From contig NW_005201792.1 of the NCBI RefSeq assembly GCF_000372725.1, positions 1 to 36,183 on the forward strand: a stretch of 36,183 nt of DNA. The letters are read 5' to 3'. The notes under the pieces were generated by a model. The model searched no databases, had not been told where the DNA came from, and saw only the letters and a program-made list of their open reading frames with translations. Both the position numbers and the translations under genes were made by a program. The DNA comes from Emiliania huxleyi CCMP1516 (lineage: Eukaryota). This document shows positions 1 through 10,243 of this stretch, piece after piece. The first letter of the stretch is position 1, and every line of letters begins with the position of its first letter.

Positions 1-1545
1 TGCGGGTGAAGGCAGTGAGGGCGGCGGCGATGGCGAGGGCGGCGGCGGCGAGGATGGCGGCGGCGGCGAGGGCGGCGGCGGCGAGGGCGGTGGCGGCGAC
101 GGAGGCGGCCGCGCGGGGGGCGGCTGCGAGGGCGGTGCTGATGGAGGGAGCTGTGACGGCGGTGGCGGGAGCGGTGGTGCAGAAGGCGGAGGGGGCGAGG
201 GTGGCGGCGGCGAGGAGGGCGGCGGCGAGGAGGGGGGCGGCGGTGCGGGCGATGGCAGTGAGGGTGGTGGCGGCGAGGGTGGAGGCGGGGAGGGCGGTGG
301 CGGCGAGGGCGGCGGCGGCGACGGAGGCGGCCGCGCGGGGGGCGGCTGCGAGGGCGGAGGGGGCGAGGGCGGAGGGGGCGAGGGCGGCGATGAGGGCGAG
401 GGTGGCGGCGGTGGTGCGGGTGAAGGCAGTGAGGGCGGCGGCGATGGCGAGGGCGGCGGCGGCGAGGATGGCGGCGGCGGCGAGGGCGGCGGCGGCGAGG
501 GGGGCGGCGGTGAGGGTGGCGGCGGAGAAGGGGGCGGCGGGCTGGGTGGCGAGGGTGGCGGCACCGGCACCGGCACCGGCGGGGTGGGACGTGCCGGGCT
601 CATCACACGGCCGCCGGCAACCACGCCGCCGGATCCGCAGCTCAAAACCCCCAGAGTCATGTTGTTCGTTGTAAGGTTTGCCGTGATGGACTCGAGAGCC
701 GCGTCGGCGCCTTCCTGGATGATAGTGAACACCGTTGGTGTATTGGTAAGTACCACGATGGTCACAACGTAAGTGCTGTTGACGTTGCAGTCGCCTGTGT
801 TGACAACCTCGACTTCCTGTAGGATGCGTCCATCGCCCTCGGATCCGGGCGGCTGCGCGGCCGCGGTGGATGGATCTGTGAAGTTCGGGCTGAAGAGCGG
901 CGGCAGAGACGGCGGCGATAGCGCATCTGGCCTATCTAGCGGCGGCGGGGATGACGTGGCCGATCTGAACAGAGTGTGGTTGACGCCAGGGCTGACGATC
1001 TGGACGGCAACGGAGACCTCATCTTCCAGCGCATTCGACGCTTCACACATTCTCTTCTGCACTGTCTTGGCGATCTCTGCCAACGTCTCGTCAGCCACAG
1101 GCTCTTGCGAGGTTATGGCTTGCTGAACGATGGCAGCGAACCCATCGACCGCGTAACCCGGTGCTGGCTGCGGCATGGGTGGGGAAACGCTTGGTGGTCG
1201 AGAGGGCGGCGTTGGTGGAGGCGGCGAGGGGGGGGGAGGCGAGGGGGGCGGCGGAGTGGGCGGCGGTGGCGAGGGCGGCCGCGGAGAGGGCGGCGGCGGT
1301 GGTGCGGGTGAAGGCAGGAAGGACGGCAGCGGCGAGGTTGACGGCGGAGGCGAGGGAGGTGGTAGGGAGGGCAGAGGCGTCGATGGCGGTGGCGGAGATG
1401 GCGGAGGCGGCGAGGGCGGGAAGGGGGAGGGGGGCGGCGGCGACGGAGGTGGCGGAGAGGGCGGGGGTGGCGACGGTGGCATCGACGGTGGTGGAGACAT
1501 CGGAGGCGGCGAGAGAGGCGGCGGCGGAGACGGCGGGGGCGGTAG
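1..1545 (-). CDS. Extensin-like Pro/Ser-rich protein (partial, runs off the window) with a non-repetitive domain at about 600-1170
   Basis: One minus-strand frame reads (PPSPPP)n, then ...GYAVDGFAAIVQQAITSQE...EGDGRILQEVEVVNTGDCNVNSTYVVTIVVL..., then Pro-rich again. First in-frame ATG is at 1500; no signal peptide is visible, so the 5' end is uncertain. Confidence 0.7.
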
Positions 1546-1548
1546 TAG

Positions 1549-1790
1549 ATGGCTGAAATGGCTGTCCCCCAGCCATCTTACCCAAGATGGCTGCGATGTA
1601 GCCAGGTCAGCCAAGAGGGCTCACGTCGAGGCGGGCGGTATGGCTGCGGTAGTGTGTCTCCAGCCATGTCTACCAAGGATGGCTGCCGTGTGTGTATTGC
1701 AGCCATTAGACTGGCTGGAGGATGTGGCTGCACTGCAGCTAGCTCAGCCACCCTTAGGTAAGATGGCTGTGAAGGAGCCAGCACAGCCAT
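1549..1790. repeat. Array of interleaved TGGCTG / CAGCCA inverted motifs with variable spacers
   Basis: 8 TGGCTG (1550,1559,1588,1641,1680,1712,1725,1764) and 6 CAGCCA (1570,1608,1661,1700,1745,1784) plus 2 variants. Example: cagccatctt-accc-aagatggctg is a perfect 10-bp stem. Confidence 0.8.
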
Positions 1791-2529
1791 TCTGGTGGTA
1801 CATTCCGAGGTTAGCCGGCACTGGGTTCGGGCTCCTACAGTAGCCTGGTAGCCCACGACAGCACTACCCGGGTAGCACGTTTAGTGCTCAGGCGCAAAGG
1901 CCAGCCTGGGTTTGAGAGAGAGATTTTTAGCAATACCTTTATGTGATGTTACAGGTGGGTTAAGAGGGAGATGTGCGCGAGCTGCGGGACCGCCGGGACG
2001 GCGGGCGGGTAATTGCGACACGCCGCCACTTTTGGCGACTTTTGGGACGCGCGTCGATCGGCCGAGATTCGGCATGGCAGGCGAGGGTGTCACGGCCATG
2101 ATCGTGGCTGCTGACGCCGGCGACAACCCGCTGGCGGACCGCCGCGAGGACCGGAAGGCGGCGGCAGAGCGGGAGAGGAAGGCCAAGGTGGCGAAGGTCG
2201 CCTCGCAGGCGACGAACGCGATGGCGGCAGTGCGGGCGCAGCTCGATTTGCCAATACCAAACAACTCTAACACTCTTTGTTTTGTTGGGTTTGTCTTCAG
2301 CAAACACTAAGGAGCACAACACGTATAAACGCCAGGCTACAGCGCGAGCACCACTTCTTTAACCAAAAAAATACCTCCCCCGGTGTTTATACACCGGGCT
2401 AGGGAGGCGTGTGCCGAAACAAAGTGGATCCGCCCGCCCGCCCGCCCGCAATAAGCGCAGTCTGCGGTCGCCTGGATGGCAGCCTCCTCTGTCTCGGAGG
2501 AGGGGGCTAGGCTCTCGCCGTCGGACGCC

Positions 2530-2570
<41 letters not shown>

Positions 2571-2807
2571 GGCGAGGGAGGCGGTGGGGACGGCGGTCAG
2601 CATCCGCGCCGAGCAGGGAGGTGGCGAGCTTTGAGGTCAAGAGCAAGCAAAGCGCGCTGTTAGAGTGCAGATGTCCTCTTCAGCCTGCCGAGAGCTTCCT
2701 GGCCCGCTTGCGCGCTCCGCCTGGCGCGCGGAGCGACTCGGTGGACGTCCGAGCCCGCCGCCCCTCGCCACTGCACCCTGCTGGCCCATGCAGCGCGACA
2801 CCGCCGG

Positions 2808-3260
2808 CGCTGCGCCTGCTTCCTTGCGCGCCGCTGGACGTCGGCCGAAAAGACCGCTTCCCTCTGGGGACCCAACTCCGCGAAGATCGCGCGCGCGTCG
2901 TGAATGCGGCGCGCGCGCGATCTCCGTTCCCGGGCACGCCGGTCGCAGTGGCATGGGCTCCCAGGCTCAAACCAGCGCTCCCGTCAACAGCGAGCGAGCG
3001 CCGCCGCTGCTCCTCCTCCCGCCGCCGCTCACCGAGACACACTCGGTGCCGCCGTTCTCGCCGCCGCCGCCGCCGCCGCCGCCTCGCCCCTTGCCTCCGT
3101 CACCGCCGCCCTCCATCTCGCGGCGGCGTCCCTCTGATGGCGCGGGCGCCTCGCTCGCCGGCGCGCCTCGCCGCTGCCCCCCTCTCGCCGCCGCTCCGCT
3201 CGTGGCCGCCGCCTCCCCTGTCAATCCCGCCGTCCGCACCACCGCTGCCACCGCCTTGCG
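2808..3260 (+). repeat. Dispersed ~450-bp repeat, copy 1
   Basis: Closely similar to the reverse complement of 22348-22841 (shared cgctgcgcctgcttccttgcgcgccgctggacgtcggccga...tcccctgtcaatcccgcc). Confidence 0.85.
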
Positions 3261-4882
3261 CCTCGCCGCCGCCGCCACCGCCCTCCCCCCGCCGCTGAGC
3301 GGTGCTTGGCGAGCCTCTCACCGTCCCGGCCGCGGTGGTGCGGGGTGCGCCGACACCGCGACAGCCTGTGCACACTCTCTCCTTCTCTGTACTGTACTGC
3401 GCCGCCGGCGCCGCCACGCATGCAGTTGGGTGCTTGGATCAGCGGCGTGAGCCGAGAGGTGGCCCACCGCTGACAGCGCTCAGCGCGGGGGGGGGGGGGG
3501 GGGCGCCCCCCGCGCCCACACACGCGCGGGACGCGCCCCGGCAGCAGCTCCTGCCTCCTCTCCGCTCTCGCGCCACCCCGCGCGCGGGGGCGTGACGTCC
3601 TGCTCGTTCTCAGCGCAGCGCTCTTGTATTCACACCCGCACAGCACCCTAAGGTATTTTTATATTCCCCCACCCGGGTGAGTGGGTGGGTGGGAATTTTA
3701 TATTTAGCAATATGAGCCGCCGTCCCCCTCTTTCTCGAGTCCGCCGACCGCTATAGGTCGAGCGGGGAGAGAGGCGCTGCCTCCACGGCGGGGACGGAGG
3801 CGACACCTCCGTCCCCACCGCCATTGGTTCGAGCGGCAAGCCTTAGGTAGAGCGGGGACGGAGACGTGAAAAGCGTGCTTGTGAGTGGAAGCCACAAGCG
3901 CGCTGGCTCCGGTCGTTTTTATATGAGGGTGTTTTTCTGAGGGTGTGTTTTCTTGAAGCCTTTCTTAAACTGGGTAACGAACCCCTGTCACTCCGTGAAG
4001 TGAACAGAAGAGAGGTGTGAACAGACTGGCGTGCTGATCGCGAAGAGGCGCCATGTCATCGGACACCGAGAGCACGGTCTGCGACCCGCGGTTAGAGGTC
4101 GCACCCGAGCCGCAAGTCCCCAAGGGGCCGGGCCAGATAAGGCGCGTGCCCCAGCTGTTCTCCTGTTCACAGCAACAGCACGGTCTACCCCTGTCGTCCC
4201 ACCCCAAGTGCAGCAGACGTCTGGTGTAGCGAGGCGACGGTGGGACGGTGTCCGACCCGATCTGGGGTTAAGGTCCCTCGGGCCAGTTTCGGGGGGCAAA
4301 CCCCGCCCGGCCCCTAGAACCCCGGGTAAGGCCCAGGTATGGCCTAGGGCATCAGAAGGGACCAAGAGGAGTCCAGTCTGAGCCATAGAGCCCATGTCTT
4401 TGCCCCCGAAGGTCGCGTTCAAATGCCCGGAACGGACGTTACAGTGGTGTCCGGCCGGCGCGATCACCGAGCTGTGACGCTCAGGGAAGCCGGTTGAGGT
4501 GCTGGTTTCTTTGGCCAGGCCTGGCCAAACGCCTTTACGCTCCTCTTCGCCTTCGCTATGATGAGCCCACCACCATCCCCTCTCTTCCCCCTGGGTGGGA
4601 GACCCTGTCTGTCTATTTCACACACACTCACTGTCTGTCCATGTCAGGCGTGTGTGCGTGTGTGGGGGTTCAGCCGCGAAGCGAGCGGCCCGCCCTCCCC
4701 AGGCGAGCCGCCCGCATCCGCGGAGGACCATCTTGCGATTCGAAAAATGAAAGCCCTACTATCGAAGCAATATCGTACGACAAGGGTCGATCCTCTTCAC
4801 AGCTACCTGGCTACGAACAGGAACGCACCGACCTAGGCTCTTGGGTGGCGCGCCCTAGCTCTTCACAACGAACCTGGTTAGA

Positions 4883-7800
4883 ATGGCGCCCCCGCTCGAG
4901 CTTCGCACTGGCGCGCACTGGATCTTTGGCTACGGCAGCATAATCAGCGAGCGGAGTCTCCAGGCCACTCTGCAAGGTGCGGCAGACTCGGGTCAGGCGG
5001 GTCAGGAGCAGTCCTCGGCCGCTGTGGTCGAAATGGCTGCGAGCGCCGGCTGGGTGAGGGAGTGGTGCTTTCGCGCTCCATCAGGATTCACCGCCGTCGG
5101 CCTGCGCGCGGATAGCGCGTCCGCAATGCCGGTGAACGGCATCATCTTCCGCGTGGGCAGTGACGCCCTCAGCCGCTTTGACGCTCGAGAAGTGGGCTAC
5201 GAGCGAGTGGAGGTCAGTGCTGCCGCGCTTCGAGTACTTATCGACCCCGACGGCGTTGCCACCGACGCGCTGCAGGACACCGGCAACTGCTTCTGGACGT
5301 ACGTGCCGCGCGAGTGCCACTCCGCCACCGAGGAGTGCCCGATCTGTCAAACTTACTTGGACGTCTGCTTGGCTGGCTGCCTCGAGCGCGGAGGGCGCGA
5401 ACTCGCCTCCGAGTGGGTGCGCACGACGAGCGAGTGGTCGCACTTCTGGCTTAACGACGCACCGATGAGTCGGCGGCCGTGGCTCCACCGGCCGCGTTAC
5501 GCCGAGGTCGATAGCGTCCTTCGCGAAGCCTCGGCGCACACGCTTTTTCACGAGCGGCGCCACCCTGAGGAGTTTAGCGGTCGCTGGACGGGCGACCTGC
5601 GCGGGCTGTGGGGCGTGCCGCCGAGAAACCCCTGCTTTGTGGGCCGCGACGCCGCGCTCAGCCGACTGGCGTCGGCCATGCACGGTGGCGAGAGCATACG
5701 GTCGGTCCGCGGCGACGCAGCCAGCGGCGACGCGGGTGGCAGGGAAGCCAGCGGCGAGACGGGTAGCCAACAGGGCGTGCTGACGACAGTGGAGCTCGTG
5801 GGGATGGGCGGTGTGGGCAAGACGCAGCTGGCGACGGAGTACGCGTACCGCCATTTCGCCGCGGCCTCCAAATTAGACGCCAAAGGCTCACGGCGGGCTG
5901 GCTACGGTCTCGTCGTCTGGCTACGTGCTGAGTCGGCCGAGGCCCTCGCCGCAGACTTGCGCAGCGTGGCCAACGACTGCGGCATCGGCGTGCAGGGCTT
6001 GCGCTCGGACCAGGTGATTGCCGTAGCGAGCGGGCCGTAAGAGTGGAAGTCCGCGAGGTACCAGGTGATTGCCGTAGGTGATTGCCGAGATGCGCGCGCG
6101 ACTGTATCGAACGCGCAGCCCGTGGCTGCTCGTGCTCGACAACATGTCCAGCTCCGCCCTCATGTCCAGCTCCGAGAAGGGCGTGCTGCCTCGAGGCTGC
6201 GTGAGCGTTGGCCACGTCCTGGTCACTTCGCGCGTGGCGACGCTCTCGCCCGAGGCGCAGCGCGCGGACGCGCACGCAAACGCGCTCCTGCTCGGCTGCC
6301 TCTCGATCCCAGAGTCGCTCGAGCTGCTGCGCCAGGCGGGCGGCGAACATTTGGGAGTCGACGAGCTCTGCCCCAGAAGCACGAGCTCCGCCCACGCCCG
6401 CACGGACGCCGGCTCGCCGCTCGTGCGACGCCGGGGCGGCTCGCATTCAGGCCCGGTGCACCCGGGTGAGGAAATGCCGACGGCGGGGGTGGTCGTCGCG
6501 GCGAAGCTCGGCTATTTGCCGCTTGCTCTAGCGCTCGCGGCCGCGTACATGCGCGCGTGCGATGTCTCATGCGCAAGCTACCTCCAACGGCTCGCCGAAG
6601 CGAGCGACGGCGCCGGCGCCGCCGCGGGCGCCGAGCTGCTTCAAGGGTACCCTTTGGGCGTCGCCGAGTCGTTTGAGCTCTCGCTGCAGCAGCTGGACGT
6701 GCCCGCCGTCGACGCGGTGTACAAGGGCGGCGGTGGCGCGGAGCGGCCGTCGGCGGCTTCAGTGGGCGCGCGCGACGTGCTTGACGTGCTCGCGTTCTGC
6801 GCGAGCGAGAATATCCCAAAGGGCTTGGTGAGCGCCGCGATCCGCGGGATGGTTGCGTGCGGCGCCGAGCGCGCGCGGGGGCACGAGGCGGCTCAGGCCA
6901 CGGCGGGTGACCCTGCGCCGGAGTCGCGTGCGCCGCTCTCCTCATTTTGGCGGTGGATGGATCCATCAGACGCGAGTGGTGCGCTAACCATCGCTTGCGG
7001 TGGCGTGGCGGCGGGCACGGCGGTAGCAGCCTGCTTGGCACCTCGCCGCCACCGCCGCCGGTGGCTTCTGACCTCCGCAGTGGCCGCGGGTGCCGCGGCG
7101 GCAGCTGCTGCGGCGCTGGCCTTCCGGCGTGCGGACGCCGGCCTACCGCCGACGGCAGCGGGGTCCCCACCAACGGTTCGCTCGGAGGAGCCCGGGGCGT
7201 GCGCGCGCACGCATCCGCAGCCGGTGGCGGCGGCGCATCCGCTGCTGCTGGCGCAGGGCACGGCGCTCTGCGGCGGCGGCGGCGGCGGCGTGCTGCAAGC
7301 GGAGGCAGTGGCGGTCGCCGATCGGACGTGGCTCAAGCTCAAGCAGTTCTCGCTCCTCTCGGTGCGTGAGAACGCACACGGCGAGCGCACTGGCTGCTTG
7401 CACCGGCTGCTCGGCCAGAGCTTGCGCGCGCACATGGACAGCCACGCGGCGGCGCACACACTGGGCGTTTGCGTGTGGGCGCTCGAGCAGCATTGGGCGT
7501 TTGACCCTGCGGACACGACCACATGGACGGCCGCGACGGCGGTTCTCGGCCATGTCCAGGCTGTCGGCCGGCACACGCACGCGCTGCTCCGGGGTGCGGC
7601 CGAGGCAGACGAGTGCGAGGGTGCGGGCGCGGGGCCGGAGCACGAGCTCGTTGCCGCACTCCAGCTCCGAGTCTCGGCGTTGCTCACGCAGGGGGCGCTG
7701 TGCATGTGCTTCGCCCTCTCTCGTTTCGACCAGGCGCAGCAAGCGCTCGAGGCGGCGCGCGCAATCCAGCAGAGCTTGCTCCCGCCCGGCGGCGTGGCGT

Positions 7801-9920
7801 GCGGCGGCGGCGCGTGCAGCCTGCAGCGAGGGCGGGCGCTTACCCTCGACACAGCGGGCAAGGTCGCGCGCTACTCAGGCAAACTGACTGAGGCCGAGGC
7901 GCTGCTCCGAGAGGCGTTGCAGCTCTGGCGCGACAGTGGCGACGAGGGCGGCGCCGCGGCGACGCTGCACGAGCTCGGCGTGGTGCATTTGCGCCGCGCG
8001 GAGTGGGAATCGGCGACGGCGCTACTGAAGCAGTCTCTGGCGATGAAACGCGAGAGGCGCCCGTGTGGGACGACCAACCGCATCGGCAACTGCATCGGCA
8101 AGGCGGCCGCGAGCAGCGGCGGCGGCGGCGTCGGCACGGCACGCCACCACTCGCGATTTCCAACGGAGGCGGCGACGCTTCACCAACTCGCGGTCGCCGC
8201 GATGTCGAGCAAGCCGCCACGGTTGGCAGAGGCGGACGCGCTTCTGCGGGAGGCGCTCGCGCTCGAGGACCAGGGACCTTTTGCACTCGGCGCGCGTGCG
8301 GCGACGCTGCAGCAGCTCGCACGCGTCGCTGAGCGCTGCGGCGACGCGCACGCGGCACGCGCGCACCTCGAGGAGGCGCTGGCGATGCAGACCCGCGCGT
8401 ATGGCGAAGGCGTGGCGCACGTGAACAAGGCGGCGACTCTCTCGCAGCTGGCAAGCCTCGCTCTGCAGTCGGGCGACACTGAGCACGCGTCGCAGGTGCT
8501 CGGCGAGGCCCTCGAGATGCGCCGGCAAATCTACGGCCACGGCGGCGGCCACGTCGAGGTCGCGCTCAATTTGGCCAAGCTCGGTGAGTGCGAGCGCGCG
8601 CGTGGCGGGCTTGCGCTGGCGGCGCACCGCTTCAGCGAGGCTCGAGTGATGCTCGAGGGCCTTGCGCTGCGCGAGGCGCGCGAGGCGCGCGAGGCGGGCG
8701 AGGCGGGCGAGTTGGGCGAGGCGCGCGAGGCGTGTGCCGCGCGGGTGGCGCGTGAGGCCAGCTCCGGCGGAGGCGAGGGGGTCTTGCAGCGGCTGCTGCG
8801 CGTCGTCTCTGTCACGTCGGGCGTGGACAGCGCGCTGCCAGCGAGGCTGCTTTCGCAGCTTCTCCAGGCGATCCGGTGGCAGCGTACCGTCGCCCGCGAG
8901 GCTGGCGAGGGCTTGCGCGCAGCTGAGCTCGCTGCAGAGGCGCAGCAGCTCCAGCACGCTTTGGAGGAGCAAAAGCAGGCCGCAGCTCAGCCGGAGGCCA
9001 CGGAGGACGGCCTGGCCGGCTTTGACCTCAACGGGGCGCTCGTCGCTTCGCTGGTCGCCTGCCGCGATCGCGTGCGCGAGACGCTGCTCGAGATGCGCGC
9101 GGCCGTGAGCCCAGCAGAGGTGCGGCCGTTGCACGGCGCGGCGCCCATCCAGAGTATCCTCGGCGCGGCGGAGGAGCTGGTACAAGTAATTCACGGAGCG
9201 AAGGCAAGGGAGGCGACTGCGGCGACAGGAGGTGCAGCCGAGCCGGAGGGCATGCGCGAGGAGGCCAAGGCAGAGGGGCTGAATGCGGCGCTCCGGTCCT
9301 CGGGGCTCGCGTTTGTGCTGGAGCTGCGAGCCAGTGTGGCGGAGGAGCGTGAGTCGCGCCGCTTCCTGGCGCGAGCATTCGCGGCGTGTGATGGGCTGCG
9401 CAAGAGCCTGCGCGAGGCTGGCGTCTTGCTGACGGATCTGCAGTCTGAGAGCGCCTACCGCTCACGCGTCATCTCGCACGTGAAGCGGCTGGCCTCGACC
9501 GGCGACTACGCTTTGAGCGAGAAGGCGCTGCTCCGGCTGCAAGCCACCTTCGGCTCGCTGACCGTCGACGCTTTCGCCTCGGCGGCGACGGCGCAGCTGC
9601 CTCGCTTCTGGAGTCGCGACGCCGTCCGCGGCGCAGAGGGTATCGACGCCTTCGCTCAGCGGTGGGAAGACGAGCGTCTGCTCGTGCACGCCCCCGTGAG
9701 CTTGCTCAACCAAGTCGTCGAGAAGCTCGAGGCTTCGCCGACGGCATCGGCTGTGGTCGTCTGCCCCTACTGGACGGGCGCCCCCTGGTTTGCGAGCTTC
9801 CAGCGGCTCGCGAGCGACTCGCTCGTGCTGCCACCCGGCTCTCTCCGAGCGATTGCCACCAGGACTAGCCACGTTAAGTGCTGGCGGGCGATCGCCTTTT
9901 ATGTGCCGCCAAGAGAGTAA
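4883..9920 (+). CDS. NLR-like STAND protein: GGCT/ChaC-like domain + NB-ARC + TPR repeats + DIRS-type DNA adenine methyltransferase-like domain; exons 4883-6013 and 6078-9920
   Basis: WIFGYGSIIS...FDAREVGY...QTYLDVCLAGC (GGCT-like); VPPRNPCFVGR, Walker A GMGGVGKTQLA, Walker B WLLVLDN, GHVLVTSR, LGYLPLAL, LHRL (NB-ARC); repeated AATLH(E/Q)L TPR helices; C-terminal TVDAFAS..AQLPRFWS..GIDAFAQRW..VVCPYW..APWF. A 64-nt GT-AG intron (6014-6077) joins the two ORFs in frame. Confidence 0.85.
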
Positions 9921-10243
9921 AGGCGCGACGGTGTTAAAGTCTCACCTCACGGAACTCGTGTGTCGGACCCTCGCGCGCCCTGCGCGCCCGGGCGCCCAGG
10001 AGTCCCCCCGAGAGACCGAGAGTTTCCCGCGTGCTCCCCCCACACCACCCCGAGGCCCGAGGGTGCCGAGAGTCCCGTAATTTCGCCTCTACGGTCTACG
10101 CCTTTACTGGTTCATACTTGCAGATGTGCAGATACGCCCACCGCCACGGCGTACGGCTCTACCGAGAGATAAAAATACGGCCACCTGTCAATTGGACATC
10201 GATCATCGTGTACGTGCACGCTCTCTACTTCAAGGATCAGCAT

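Noticed and set aside
1549..1790. CRISPR array
   Set aside because: Repeats are only 6-7 nt, alternate in orientation, have irregular spacers, and there are no cas genes in a eukaryotic context.
6..1843. Plus-strand Ala/Arg/Gly-rich ORFs (and the minus-strand ORF 35395-36174)
   Set aside because: Antisense shadows of Pro-rich (CCG/TCG) coding repeats.
1912..2603. Short ORFs 1912-2310 (+) and 2337-2603 (-) as genes
   Set aside because: Partly protein-like but no recognisable domain or splice structure; may be element remnants.
3647..3847. MITE bounded by cctaagg/ccttagg
   Set aside because: Only 7 bp of inverted match and no TSD.
3965..4880. Short ORFs upstream of the NLR-like gene
   Set aside because: No motif or codon-bias support; treated as intergenic.
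9495..9920. Intact DIRS retrotransposon
   Set aside because: No RT, RNase H, tyrosine recombinase or terminal repeats nearby; only the MT-like domain, in frame with the host ORF.
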